In this document: positions 10,560 to 20,633 of the stretch, piece by piece
Layout of the letters: each line of letters opens with the position of its first letter
Position numbering within the stretch: position 1 is the first letter of the stretch
Source of the DNA: Candidatus Bathyarchaeota archaeon
GTDB lineage: Archaea; Thermoproteota; Bathyarchaeia; Bathyarchaeales; Bathycorpusculaceae
Assembly: GCA_963770935.1 (NCBI GenBank)
Contig: CAVYRJ010000004.1
Span: 1 to 64,000 of the forward strand
Direction of reading: 5' to 3'
Length of the DNA stretch: 64,000 nt
Notes under the pieces: generated by a model
Databases searched by the model: none
Told to the model about the DNA's origin: nothing
The model's input: the letters and a program-made list of their open reading frames with translations, nothing else
Position numbers and translations under genes: made by a program

Positions 10560-12992
10560 ATGAAATCCTCGGTCTTTGAGGACGGCAACGCATTCGAAGG
10601 CTCTATATTTAACAAGGAAAAAGTATTTGAGCGGATAGCAAAAGTAAATTCTAAGACATTGTTTGAAGATAAGTCCATTTTTTTTGATGTTAAAAACAAA
10701 ATTAATCCTAAGAAATTCAGTACTGAAGTTGCTAATGGATTTTTGTTTGTTTTTAAAGGTGCGGATAGCCCAAAATTTTGTTTAAGAGAATTTGTAAGAT
10801 CTGCAAGCCTTAAGAAATTGAAAAAACCCGTAGCTCTTTGCATTAGTGTACTGTTAATCTTGAGTATGCTGTCTTTTTTTGGTAATACAGCAATTCAAGT
10901 TGCAGAGGCAACACCTGTTTCGTTTGATTTCGGAAATACATCAATCGGAACTATAACAAACTATTTTACAACTGATAGAGATGCAAGCAGATTTGAACTA
11001 ACCCAAAATGGTATACTGCAATCTATCACAGTGTATTTTACAAACGAAGGCTTCAATGCCAAAACGGCTATCTACACAGATAGCAATGGAGCGCCTTTGA
11101 TGCTAATTGCACAGAGCAATAGCCAAGAAATATCCATTAGCGGTTGGCAAACGTTTCCTGTTCCGCAAAGTTTTCTCACCGCAGGACACTATTGGCTATG
11201 TGTGGTTTCAAGTAGCGCATCTTATGGTGCAATGTCAACTACGTCTGCAAACACACACGCGTGGAAAACGACCTCTTACTCAGAAGAGTACACATCAACA
11301 TTTGGAAGCCCAAACGGATATGAAGAAACCGTCAGTAGCATATATGCTACCTGCATCGCAGAAGACTATACTCCAACGCCAACTCCAACACCAACCCCTA
11401 CTGATTTAGTTGCTGAGATGATATCGAAGATGAGCCAGACCGAAATCTACAATACCGCATATACTCTCCAGAATTTTATGACTCGCTTTTACGGAACCTC
11501 TGGAAATTTTGAGGCTGGCACCTATCTTTATAATAGATTTAGCGAAATTTCTGGGCTAAGTGTTGAGTATCAAAGTAATTACAGGAATATAGTGGCGACG
11601 CTTCCAGGTACTGACTTAACGTCTACCGCTACTTACATTGTAGGAGCGCATTACGATAGCACATCTGATAATCCTGAAAATTTTGCACCAGGTGTTACTG
11701 ACAATGGAGTTGCTGTTGCTGTAGTATTGGAGTTTGCTAGAATAATGAGTCAGTACACTTTCAGCCACACGGTAAAGTTTGCCTGTTGGAACGCTGAGGA
11801 GCAATGGGAATTAGGCAGCTTAGAATATGTGCAATATGCTTTTAGCAATAACATGGACGTGTCACTTTATATCAACCTTGATGCCATTGCTTATGACCCT
11901 TACGACCAAATGATCCTTGACATAGTGTCTAATGAACAGTCAAGTTGGGTTTCGAATATGATGACTGATTATAATACACTTTATGGGATCGACTTAACTT
12001 TGACTTATACTGATGCGGCAATTGGTAGTGACCAAAGGTCATTTTGGATTTATGGTTATCCGGCAGTGTGGCTGCGTTCACAGCCATATGGACCTATTCA
12101 TACTGAATGGGATACTGTTGACATAGTTTCAACTGAGTATGCGGAGAAAAATGGTCAAATATCTATGTCGGTGCTCGCGGCACTTGCTGAAGTTCATAGT
12201 GATGGTCCACCCCCGTCTCCAAGTCCGTCTCCTTCTCCAAGTCCAAGTCCGACTCCTACGGCTTCGCCTACTCCGTCTCCTTCGCCGTCTCCAAGTCCGT
12301 CTCCTTCTCCAAGTCCAAGTCCGACTCCTACGGCTTCGCCTACTCCGTCTCCTTCGCCGTCTCCAAGTCCGTCTCCTTCTCCAAGTCCAAGTCCGACTCC
12401 TACGGCTTCGCCTACTCCGTCTCCTTCGCCGTCTCCGTCTCCAAGTCCGTCTCCTTCTCCAAGTCCAAGTCCGACTCCTACGGCTTCGCCTACTCCGTCA
12501 CCTATACCTTCTCCAATAGGATTTGTCGTTCAAAATGGTGGAACTGGCTATACGACTCCTCATGTAGTCATTGAAGGTGGTGGAGGCACTGGTGCTACAG
12601 CAACAGCGAGAGTGTCACAAGGAACAGTTAAAGAAATAAAACTTACAAATGCAGGAATAGGTTATACTCACGCTCCAACAGTTACTCTAAGAGATCCAAG
12701 TCCTCGTGCAAAAGGCGCAGTCATAATTGTAACATTTAACAATCAACCAACGCCTACTCCTTCTCCAAGTCCAAGTCCGACTCCTACGGCTTCGCCTACT
12801 CCGTCTCCTTCGCCGTCTCCAAGTCCGTCTCCTTCTCCAAGTCCAAGTCCGACTCCTACGGCTTCGCCTAGTCCATCGCCTACTCCCACTTCATTGTCTT
12901 CACAAACTCCAACGCCTGTAAACTTGGCATTCAAATCCTTACTTTTGCTGCAACAATCTATAATGGAATTATTTATGATCCTCTACCTTTAA
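10560..12992 (+). CDS. Secreted M28 family metallopeptidase with Pro/Ser/Thr linkers (true start probably later, before the signal-like segment near 10820)
   Basis: [46 protein letters not shown]; hydrophobic signal-like segment. Confidence 0.88.
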   Translation: MKSSVFEDGNAFEGSIFNKEKVFERIAKVNSKTLFEDKSIFFDVKNKINPKKFSTEVANGFLFVFKGADSPKFCLREFVRSASLKKLKKPVALCISVLLILSMLSFFGNTAIQVAEATPVSFDFGNTSIGTITNYFTTDRDASRFELTQNGILQSITVYFTNEGFNAKTAIYTDSNGAPLMLIAQSNSQEISISGWQTFPVPQSFLTAGHYWLCVVSSSASYGAMSTTSANTHAWKTTSYSEEYTSTFGSPNGYEETVSSIYATCIAEDYTPTPTPTPTPTDLVAEMISKMSQTEIYNTAYTLQNFMTRFYGTSGNFEAGTYLYNRFSEISGLSVEYQSNYRNIVATLPGTDLTSTATYIVGAHYDSTSDNPENFAPGVTDNGVAVAVVLEFARIMSQYTFSHTVKFACWNAEEQWELGSLEYVQYAFSNNMDVSLYINLDAIAYDPYDQMILDIVSNEQSSWVSNMMTDYNTLYGIDLTLTYTDAAIGSDQRSFWIYGYPAVWLRSQPYGPIHTEWDTVDIVSTEYAEKNGQISMSVLAALAEVHSDGPPPSPSPSPSPSPSPTPTASPTPSPSPSPSPSPSPSPSPTPTASPTPSPSPSPSPSPSPSPSPTPTASPTPSPSPSPSPSPSPSPSPSPTPTASPTPSPIPSPIGFVVQNGGTGYTTPHVVIEGGGGTGATATARVSQGTVKEIKLTNAGIGYTHAPTVTLRDPSPRAKGAVIIVTFNNQPTPTPSPSPSPTPTASPTPSPSPSPSPSPSPSPSPTPTASPSPSPTPTSLSSQTPTPVNLAFKSLLLLQQSIMELFMILYL
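12213..12500 (+). repeat. 72-bp tandem repeat (about 4 copies) encoding PS/PT linker; related copy at about 12760-12880
   Basis: Unit ccgtctccaagtccgtctccttctccaagtccaagtccgactcctacggcttcgcctactccgtctccttcg starts at 12213, 12285 and onward. Confidence 0.95.
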
Positions 12993-13181
12993 TCGACGGC
13001 ATGGGGTCAACCTCAAACATACAATCTCTCCAAAACATTCAATTTACAAGGATAGTCAATCTAGGCTATCTTGTTTTTAGACAGTGGTTATGATTTTCTT
13101 GAACGAACTTTAGAAGTGCTTTTTGGAAGGGGAAAATTCTAAATGTGACTTCTTCTCTGAATAATATAAACACCATAAGAG

Positions 13182-13595
13182 TTGCATAAAATGAGCACGA
13201 TTAGAGAAGACCCAATAAAAATGCATAAAGACGCTAACGCGTTGATGGAAAACGGCAAATACATTGAGGCACGTGATATCTTTGTTAAAGTAGCTGAACT
13301 TTACTACAAAGGACAGAACTATTTTGGCTCTGCGGAAATGAATTATAAAGCAGGCGAATGCAGTTTCGCGCTTAAAGACTACCCAAAAGCAGCAGAACTC
13401 TTTACCAAGTCAGCAGATGTCTCCCTTAGTAAAGGCTTTGAACGTTATGGCGTTAGTGCACTTGAGCAGGCACGCGACAGCCAAAAAGCGCTGGGTAACA
13501 ATAAAGAAGTCGCGGACCTTGAAAAGAAAATTAAGGAAATCAACGATAAACAAAAAGAGCCGGAAGGCGAATCATCTTTCTCAGTGTTTTCCTAA
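13182..13595 (+). CDS. TPR/SNAP-like helical repeat protein
   Basis: Repeats of KY.EA...F.K.AELY, YKAGEC, Y.KAAELF.K.A. Confidence 0.6.
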   Translation: MHKMSTIREDPIKMHKDANALMENGKYIEARDIFVKVAELYYKGQNYFGSAEMNYKAGECSFALKDYPKAAELFTKSADVSLSKGFERYGVSALEQARDSQKALGNNKEVADLEKKIKEINDKQKEPEGESSFSVFS

Positions 13596-13638
13596 ATCTC
13601 ACTTAGTTACCCTTAGTTTTTTCTTTTGTTTTTTTGGT

Positions 13639-14406
13639 TTAAAGAATGTTATAAGTCAGATTTGTTTCTACGTTGGTTGACGTGGAATAGTCATTTACGG
13701 CTTGGGGTTCAGGGATATAATCGACGACGCCTAACATGTAAGAGGGATGTTTCTCTAGTTCTACTTCGCTTGTATAAGGGGTTTTTGTGAATCTAAGCAC
13801 CGAGGTTGCTTTCTGGTTAGTTATCTCCTGTAGAATGCTATTTCTTCGGTTGTTCTCATGTGAAAGGTAAGTTGCCACAATGATGATTCGGTGTTTTTTT
13901 GCAAAGTTTGATAGGTAACTCATGATTTGGCTGTAGACAGCTCTTGCTTCCTGGTCATCGACATTGTCGCTTAAGAATGAACAGCCGATGTCAGAAATTA
14001 CAACGAGCTTTGCATTGGATGTTTCTACGGCTTCTTGCAGTTTCTCGGTTATTATTGAGGTCAGCCGATAAGCTGTATAAGCCCGCATGTTAGTGACTCG
14101 TTTCAGCGCTGCTTTAGGTTCTAACCCTAAGTGTTCCGCTGTGTCCAATATGTCTTTTATTGACGCGCTTGTTGCGGTGTCGATGAATACCACATTGCTG
14201 TCTAAGCCTTCGTGATTTTCTGGCAGTTGTGCACGCAAGCAGAGTTTAGACATTAAAGAAGTAACAGTTTGAGGACCATAGACAACGGTGAATTCTCCTG
14301 CTTTGAATCCTGGAAAAAGCACATCAATGCTAGGCACACTAAAAGCAAACGGTTTTGTCGTTGTTTGCGCAATAGCTGATTTAAGTATTAGTTTTTGATG
14401 CATCAT
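13639..14406 (-). CDS. RadA/Rad51-like RecA-fold protein with degenerate Walker A
   Basis: SIDVLFPGFKAGEFTVVYG, LRAQLP...GLDSNVVFIDT, RAYTAY, KLVVISD; no GKT/S. Confidence 0.8.
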   Translation of the reverse strand: MMHQKLILKSAIAQTTTKPFAFSVPSIDVLFPGFKAGEFTVVYGPQTVTSLMSKLCLRAQLPENHEGLDSNVVFIDTATSASIKDILDTAEHLGLEPKAALKRVTNMRAYTAYRLTSIITEKLQEAVETSNAKLVVISDIGCSFLSDNVDDQEARAVYSQIMSYLSNFAKKHRIIIVATYLSHENNRRNSILQEITNQKATSVLRFTKTPYTSEVELEKHPSYMLGVVDYIPEPQAVNDYSTSTNVETNLTYNIL

Positions 14407-14561
14407 TACTCACAGAAACCCAGTTATCCATGATTTGCCTATTTAAGGCGTCGAAGCAACAACATAACCCAATGGTGGAGGGGTCAATGAAAGTGAATTG
14501 CTGGGGCAACCGATTATAGGCTCAAACACCTTAAACTTAATGTGGTATTTTGGGATAACTT

Positions 14562-16253
14562 ATGCCAAATTCATTCAAATCTCTCTGCATTCTGCTTGAG
14601 AAAGTTGAATCTACAAAGAAACGGCTTGAAATCATAGAGCAAACCGCAAAATACCTAAGAGCATTAAATGAAGACGAAATCGAAGCCGCCGCCAACATGA
14701 TGGTCGGAAGGGCATTTCCGAAGTCGAGCCAGAAAACCCTCGACATCAGCTGGTCAACTTTAACCCGCATCTTTGAACAGATAAGTGTGTTTGACTGGGA
14801 TATTTTCCAGCAAGCCATGGCAACCACAGGCGACATCGGCTCAGCAACCAAAACCGTCCTTGAAACTTCAAAGACAAAAAAGCAAACCCAGCTGACACAA
14901 AAGACCCTGACCATACTAGAAGTCCAAACCACTTTGAATGCCATTGCACAGGTTAAAGGTTCGGGTTCCAGAACCAAGAAAGAGCGTTTACTCACCACTC
15001 TGATAAGTCATGCAGAACCAGTCGAAGCCAAATATCTTGTCAAAATTTTTACAGGCGAAATGCGAACAGGACTTCATGAAGGGTTGATGGAGCAGGCGGT
15101 TTCGAAGGCTTTTGATGTTCCGCTTGGAAGGGTGCAGCATGCCGCTATGGTTTTAGGTGACATAGGCGAGGTTGCGGAAATCTTGAAAATCCGTGGTGGT
15201 GAAGGTTTGGATAAGGTTGGTTTTAGGGTTTTTCGGCCTGTAAAGCTTATGCTGGCGCAAACCGCGCAATCCGTTCAAGAGGCAATTGCGGAGCATGGGG
15301 GCAGAACAGCTTTGGAATACAAGTATGACGGCGCCAGAGTGCAAATCCATATGCAGGATGGCAGAGTGGAGGTTTTTAGCCGAAGATTAAGCGAAGTAAC
15401 CGAAAGTGTTCCTGAAGTTGTAGAAGCCGTAAAACAAAACATCCAAGTCGAATCCGCTATAGTGGAAGGCGAAGTTATCTCGCTGGATAGTGCTGGGTTT
15501 CCGATTGCGTTTCAGCACTTAATGCGCCGCTTTAGAAGAATCCGCAACTTGGACGATATGACAAAAAAGATCCCCTTAAGTCTCTACCTCTTCGATGTGC
15601 TCTACCTGAACGGCAAAAGCTTAGTTGCCATGCCATATACTGAGCGTCGTCGAATCCTTGTCCAAAACGCAGGAAAAATCCAGCTGTCCAAGCAAATAGT
15701 CACTGACCAAGTAGTGCAAGCTGAAGTGTTCTTTAAGGAAGCCCTTGCCGCTGGGCATGAAGGGTTAATGGCAAAAAAAACTGATAGCCCCTACACGCCA
15801 GGGCGCAGGGAAAAACGGTGGTTAAAAATCAAAACAATCCTTGAACCCTTAGATCTTGTTATTACGGCTGCCGAATACGGTTACGGAAGAAGAAAGGGTT
15901 GGTTATCTGACTACTACCTTGCTGCAAAAGATCCTAAGACAGGTGAGTTTTTGAATATCGGCAAGACGTTTAAGGGTTTAACTGACGCAGAAATTATTGA
16001 GTTAACTAAGCGGCTTAAGGAATCTGCGGTAAGCCAAGAAGGGTACCGCGTCAATGTTATCCCAAAAATCGTAGTGGAGGTTGCCTACAATGAAATCCAA
16101 AAGAGTCCCCGTTACAGAAGCCAAATGGCGCTGCGGTTTGCTCGAATCATGCGAATCCGTGATGACAAAACCTCCGATGAAGCCGACACGATAGGACGAG
16201 TTAAGGAAATATATGATAAGCAGTTTCGCAATAAAGGCAAATATAATATTTAG
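14562..16253 (+). CDS. lig: ATP-dependent DNA ligase (archaeal type with N-terminal DNA-binding domain)
   Basis: EYKYDGARVQIH, VEGEV, YLFDVLY, EGLMAK, WLKIK, ALRFAR..RIRDDK. Confidence 0.97.
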   Translation: MPNSFKSLCILLEKVESTKKRLEIIEQTAKYLRALNEDEIEAAANMMVGRAFPKSSQKTLDISWSTLTRIFEQISVFDWDIFQQAMATTGDIGSATKTVLETSKTKKQTQLTQKTLTILEVQTTLNAIAQVKGSGSRTKKERLLTTLISHAEPVEAKYLVKIFTGEMRTGLHEGLMEQAVSKAFDVPLGRVQHAAMVLGDIGEVAEILKIRGGEGLDKVGFRVFRPVKLMLAQTAQSVQEAIAEHGGRTALEYKYDGARVQIHMQDGRVEVFSRRLSEVTESVPEVVEAVKQNIQVESAIVEGEVISLDSAGFPIAFQHLMRRFRRIRNLDDMTKKIPLSLYLFDVLYLNGKSLVAMPYTERRRILVQNAGKIQLSKQIVTDQVVQAEVFFKEALAAGHEGLMAKKTDSPYTPGRREKRWLKIKTILEPLDLVITAAEYGYGRRKGWLSDYYLAAKDPKTGEFLNIGKTFKGLTDAEIIELTKRLKESAVSQEGYRVNVIPKIVVEVAYNEIQKSPRYRSQMALRFARIMRIRDDKTSDEADTIGRVKEIYDKQFRNKGKYNI

Positions 16254-16283
16254 CTAACAAAGATAATTTAGGATTGACTAAAG

Positions 16284-17321
16284 TTGGATGCGGCAGAACA
16301 GAAAACATTTGCAAAAGAATTCTACAGTCGCCAGACAATACTTAATGAGCTTGGCGAAAAGGGGCAGCAAAAGCTCGCTAAATCGAAAGTTGCAGTCGTA
16401 GGTGCAGGTGGACTTGGCACTGTATCCTCATTATACCTCGCATTGGCTGGAGTTGGGTACATCCGTTTAATCGACCAGGACACTATAGAAACCCATAACC
16501 TGCATCGTCAAATCCTCTACACTTCCGATGACCTACATTATCCAAAAACAGAGGTTGCCGCTAAAAAATTGGAAAAACAAAACCCGCTGATTACAGTTGA
16601 GGCAATTCCAGAAAATGTCCATGCGGGAAACGTTGAGAGGCTCTTAAAAGGCGTAGACTGTGTGGTTGATGGGTTAGATAACATGGTTACTCGTTACCTT
16701 GTTAACCGCGCTTGCGTAAAACTTGGCATCCCTTACGTTTTTGGCGCAGCAATAGGAATCGAAGGAAACCTCTCTTTGTTTGCTCCGCCAGAAACAGGTT
16801 GCCTAGAATGTTTAATGCCTAACCTTTCAGATTCAGATTTGCTAACCTGCAACACTCGCGGTGTCCTTGGCGCCACAACAGGGGTAATCGGAGCATTGCA
16901 AGCGATGGAAACCGTAAAGCTCTTGGCTGGTATGGGCTCAACTTTGAAAGGTATGCTTTTGGTCTGTGATTTCAGAGACATGGATTTCACAATTATTGAT
17001 ATTTCAAAAAATACTCATTGCCCAGTTTGCCACGGCGAAATCGCAGAGATTGCTGGTGGCGAACGGTTGGTTTGGCTCTGCGGCAAAGAAACAGCCAACA
17101 TCAACCCGGAAAAACCCCTAAAAATCAACCTCGAGGAAATCTACCCACAACTCAGCAAGCAGTTCAACGTGCGCCTGAAATCGCGGTTAGCTCTGATGTT
17201 TGACTACGAAACTTACGAGGTCAGCCTGTTTAACGGTGGGCGTATGCTCATAAAAGGGGTAATGGATGAAAAAATCGCTTTGGCTGTGTACAGGGAAATT
17301 CTGAAGAAAATAGGAATATAA
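16284..17321 (+). CDS. HesA/MoeB/ThiF (E1-like) adenylyltransferase with C-terminal extension
   Basis: YSRQ, VVGAGGLG, NLHRQ, VDGLDN, CLEC, TCNTRGVLG, CPVC, WLCG. Confidence 0.93.
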   Translation: MDAAEQKTFAKEFYSRQTILNELGEKGQQKLAKSKVAVVGAGGLGTVSSLYLALAGVGYIRLIDQDTIETHNLHRQILYTSDDLHYPKTEVAAKKLEKQNPLITVEAIPENVHAGNVERLLKGVDCVVDGLDNMVTRYLVNRACVKLGIPYVFGAAIGIEGNLSLFAPPETGCLECLMPNLSDSDLLTCNTRGVLGATTGVIGALQAMETVKLLAGMGSTLKGMLLVCDFRDMDFTIIDISKNTHCPVCHGEIAEIAGGERLVWLCGKETANINPEKPLKINLEEIYPQLSKQFNVRLKSRLALMFDYETYEVSLFNGGRMLIKGVMDEKIALAVYREILKKIGI

Positions 17322-17480
17322 TGTGGTATTTAGATAGGGATGCAAAGATTTTTTTTGTTTTTTTGGATTTCATGTTTTGTTGGGGAACTTTCTGATTGAA
17401 CAACAACAATTGAATTTGCATTTTTGTAGCATTGTGTTTTGGGTTGCTTTTTTGGTTTGGGCTTTGATTTGTTTGCAGAT

Positions 17481-17550
17481 TGAGTCAGTAATAGTCTGTA
17501 ATAGTCCTTAGTAGTCTGTAGTAGTCTTTAATAGTTGTTAGTAGTTTTGT
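17481..17550 (+). repeat. Seven degenerate 10-bp tandem units (consensus RTAGTCTKTA)
   Basis: tgagtcagta atagtctgta atagtcctta gtagtctgta gtagtcttta atagttgtta gtagttttgt. Confidence 0.85.
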
Positions 17551-17564
17551 GTTTGGGGAATTCT

Positions 17565-17645
17565 ATGCCTTTGACCACAAAGGTTTCCTTTGATACGGTG
17601 CTTGAAAAAGGCAAAAGGCTGCAGATTAAAAAGTTGATAAAATGA
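17565..17645 (+). pseudogene. Truncated AbrB/MazE-like DNA-binding protein fragment
   Basis: MPLTTKVSFDTVLEKGKRLQIKKLIK*; resembles the start of swapped-hairpin proteins (F.T.L.KG.R.Q.P); GGGG SD-like motif upstream. Confidence 0.45.
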
Positions 17646-17677
17646 ACAAAAAAGAAAATAAAAGATAGAAAAGAAAT

Positions 17678-18745
17678 TTACTCTGGCTTTTTCTGCTTTC
17701 CAGGACGAAGTGAGCGCACAGTTGCGCCTGCACGCCACATTTCACTATTACCCATTTCTTTGAGCTCGTCAGCGAGTTTCTGGCGGTAGTCTGGTGCTTT
17801 GCTCTTTTCGAGGACAATACGTGTTTCCTCGCCTGCAGCGACAAGCTCGTAGAGGGAATCAAATACTGGTTGGGTTGCTTCGCGGAAGCGGCTTCTCCAG
17901 CGTAGTGCGCCGATGCGTGCGGTTTCACTGCAGTTGCAGTACATCCAGTCCATGCCGTTTTCGTCGACAAGACGGATTAGGCTTTGTGTGAGTTCTTCGA
18001 CGCTTTCATTAAATGCCTCACTTGGGCTGTGTCCATGTTCTCGTAAAGTTTTGTATTGTGCTTCTAATATGCCTGCGAGCGCACCCATCAATGTGCCTCG
18101 TTCACCTGTTAAGTCACTGTAAGTTTCTTTCTCAAATGTTGTTGGAAAGAGATATCCTCCGCCAATGGCGATGCCAAGAGCCTTTGCGCGTTCTTCGGCT
18201 TTCCCTGTTGCGTCTTGGAAGACTGCAAAGCTGCAGTTTATGCCGCTGCCATCAATAAAGTTTCTGCGCACAGATGTGCCAGAGCCTTTTGGTGCAACAA
18301 GAATTACATCTATGTCTTTTGGTGGTATAACGCCTGTTTGTTCTTTGTAGACGATGCTAAAGCCGTGGCTGAAGTAGAGTGCGTCTCCTTTTTTGAGGGT
18401 TTCTTTGATTTTAGGCCATACTGCTTTTTGTGCTGCGTCCGTGAGTAAGAACATTTTGACGGTGCCTTTTTTAGCTGCTTCTACCATTGGGAACAGGTTT
18501 TTGCCTGGAACCCAGCCATCTGCGACTGCTTTATCCCATTCTTTTTTGAATACGCCTTCTTTTTCTTGTCCGATAATTACTTTTATTCCTTGATCTCTCA
18601 TATTGAGTGATTGGGCTTGACCTTGTATACCGTAGCCGAGTGATACGACAACTTCATCTTTTAGGATTTTTTGGGCTTGCGCTAATGTGAACTCTTCACG
18701 TGTAATGACGTCCTCTTTGACGCCACCGAAATCCATTTTTACCAT
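17678..18745 (-). CDS. ilvC: Ketol-acid reductoisomerase
   Basis: LGYGIQGQAQSLNMRD, YFSHGF, VAPKGSG, SDLTGERG.LMG, AFNESVEE. Confidence 0.97.
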   Translation of the reverse strand: MVKMDFGGVKEDVITREEFTLAQAQKILKDEVVVSLGYGIQGQAQSLNMRDQGIKVIIGQEKEGVFKKEWDKAVADGWVPGKNLFPMVEAAKKGTVKMFLLTDAAQKAVWPKIKETLKKGDALYFSHGFSIVYKEQTGVIPPKDIDVILVAPKGSGTSVRRNFIDGSGINCSFAVFQDATGKAEERAKALGIAIGGGYLFPTTFEKETYSDLTGERGTLMGALAGILEAQYKTLREHGHSPSEAFNESVEELTQSLIRLVDENGMDWMYCNCSETARIGALRWRSRFREATQPVFDSLYELVAAGEETRIVLEKSKAPDYRQKLADELKEMGNSEMWRAGATVRSLRPGKQKKPE

Positions 18746-18790
18746 TTTATAGTTACCTCAGCCACTCCATTAGCAAATGCGGTAATTAAG

Positions 18791-19021
18791 AATTATGTTG
18801 GTAAAACAAGCGATAATTATGAGATAAGTATACCCAAATGGCGTTAGTGGTTATTTAAAATTATAGTGATAAAATAGCGGATAATTATTTTTTTTATTAT
18901 TACTTTCTTCCAAGCTATCAAAAAATTATGTTAATAAATACTGCGATAATTATGCTACAGAGATATCGGTTTAGTTAGTGTGATTATTTAAAATTAATAG
19001 CCAAATAGCCAAAAATAGCGG
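18791..19021 (-). promoter_or_regulatory. Duplicated ~90-100 bp promoter/operator module upstream of ilvC
   Basis: Two copies (18791-18880, 18924-19021) sharing aattatgtt...gcgataattatg...gttagtg..ttatttaaaatta...aaaatagcgg; minus strand contains TATA-like TTTAAATA. Confidence 0.6.
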
Positions 19022-19030
19022 GCAACAGCT

Positions 19031-19471
19031 TCACTTGGATTCTTCTGGAAAGAGTTGCTTTCCATTTTCTGTGACTTTGACGGCACCAACTTGCTTTAAG
19101 ATATTAATGTTGTCAGTGACGTTCCAGTACTCTACAAGTTTGCCATTAACTACCCGATAGATATCGACAGCTTTCGATGTTATCTTCTTTCCAGTAGGAC
19201 TTAGTCCCATGAATTCGCCTTTATGGGTTCCAGTATAGGTGAGGCGAACCCACACCTTGTCACCTTCAGCAATAATATCTTCAATAGTTTCATGCCAATC
19301 GGGAAAGGCATTAAGACCCATAGCGATTAGTTTTTTGAGACCTTCTCGACCTACATTATTGGAATGGTCAAGATAATCTGGCGATACAAAAGCATCTATT
19401 AAATGCAGCTTCCTTTCATTGTATGCTTCAATAAACCCACAAACTACCGCTTTATTCTTTTCCATCGACAT
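19031..19471 (-). CDS. SnoaL-like ester cyclase (NTF2 fold)
   Basis: NKAVV..F, AFPDW..TIEDIIAEGDKVWVR.T.TGTH.GEFMG..PTGK. Confidence 0.92.
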   Translation of the reverse strand: MSMEKNKAVVCGFIEAYNERKLHLIDAFVSPDYLDHSNNVGREGLKKLIAMGLNAFPDWHETIEDIIAEGDKVWVRLTYTGTHKGEFMGLSPTGKKITSKAVDIYRVVNGKLVEYWNVTDNINILKQVGAVKVTENGKQLFPEESK

Positions 19472-19598
19472 ATATCATCCACACTCTAATTCTCTTTTTC
19501 AATCTAAAAGGTTACTTTTCTCATTTTTCTTAATACCGTTACTCAACCTTTTCCAACATTGGTTGAATTGCAGATTAAATGAACATCTGTGATTTGGT

Positions 19599-20447
19599 TT
19601 AGCGTGCGCCTAATCGATTTTTCTTGACGCTTTCCATCCATATAATCCCACTGGGATAATGCTGATGACGAAGAGCAGATAAATCCAGCTGCCAGCCGTG
19701 GACCAGTTGACCTCTCCGGCGTAACGAACCAAAGATACTGCTTGAAGTATCCCTAGCAGGGCGTAACTTATGTATGCAATCCTGTTGCGTTGATGGTCGT
19801 TTTCCCACGTCATATGCAATGCTATAACGCCAATTCCGATGAGCCAGGCTCCAATTGCGCGGCTTGTAAGTGGGGTGAGCGCCCAGGGCCAGAAGGTGGA
19901 GGCTGTAGCTGGAGATAGGAATAATGTAATGCCTGTAACCAGCATTATTGTTCCTTGGGCTAACGAGTACGAGGCGCATCCAGATGTATAGTGTGGCTTT
20001 TCGTTTCGGTGTCGAGCCTTGGAGCCTGATTTGGTAGATAAGCAGTATCAGCAAGGCAATCGGAACTGCGATGTAAATGGCTAACCAAAGGTAAGCGGCT
20101 ACCATAGCTGAAACTACGGGGCTGTTGAGGTGGAATTTATCGAGGTGCAATAAGGTTGCAACCAAAGTGAGAGTTGTGAATAAGAAAACTGAAGGTACAG
20201 CTACCCGGGCGTTGGCCCATGTCTTCTCTCGATACGCGAGATATTCAAGGAGGAAGCTGGCGAGGTACCCCGCGCCGAGGAAGGCGGCTGTCATTGAAGA
20301 CTGGATTGTCCAGGCGAAGCTTGTGGCAGTCTGCTCGGTGAGGAGGGTGAGATCGAGTCCCGCTGCCAAAACAAGAATGCTGGCTGCCAGCAATATAATG
20401 CGCATGCCTTTCGAAAACTTAGACGGTTGTGCCTGAAAAATAGTCAT
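19599..20447 (-). CDS. Multi-pass membrane protein with internal duplication (frameshift near 19960)
   Basis: FAWTI..MTAAFLGAGY and FWPWALTPLTSRAIGAW halves in two frames. Confidence 0.7.
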   Translation of the reverse strand: MTIFQAQPSKFSKGMRIILLAASILVLAAGLDLTLLTEQTATSFAWTIQSSMTAAFLGAGYLASFLLEYLAYREKTWANARVAVPSVFLFTTLTLVATLLHLDKFHLNSPVVSAMVAAYLWLAIYIAVPIALLILLIYQIRLQGSTPKRKATLYIWMRLVLVSPRNNNAGYRHYIIPISSYSLHLLALGAHPTYKPRNWSLAHRNWRYSIAYDVGKRPSTQQDCIHKLRPARDTSSSIFGSLRRRGQLVHGWQLDLSALRHQHYPSGIIWMESVKKNRLGAR

Positions 20448-20633
20448 TATGCTTCGTATTTTTATTGACTGTTGTGGGATATTAAAGTTTCAGTATTTCA
20501 CGCGCGCGAGTTTGAACTTAATGGAACCGACACTAATCGTCAAGCCTTCTGCATAAGAACTATCCTAATTATCTAACTTGATAATGGCGCAGCAAACGTA
20601 AACCACTTAAACTGGGTTCGCCAAATACAACTT

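Noticed and set aside
12213-12880. Possible CRISPR array
   Set aside because: Units are contiguous with no unique spacers and encode an in-frame Pro/Ser/Thr linker; no cas genes in the window
18760-18850. Ile-rich attenuator leader peptide upstream of ilvC
   Set aside because: The Ile-rich frame (LIIIAC...NIIL) has no start codon after the preceding stop
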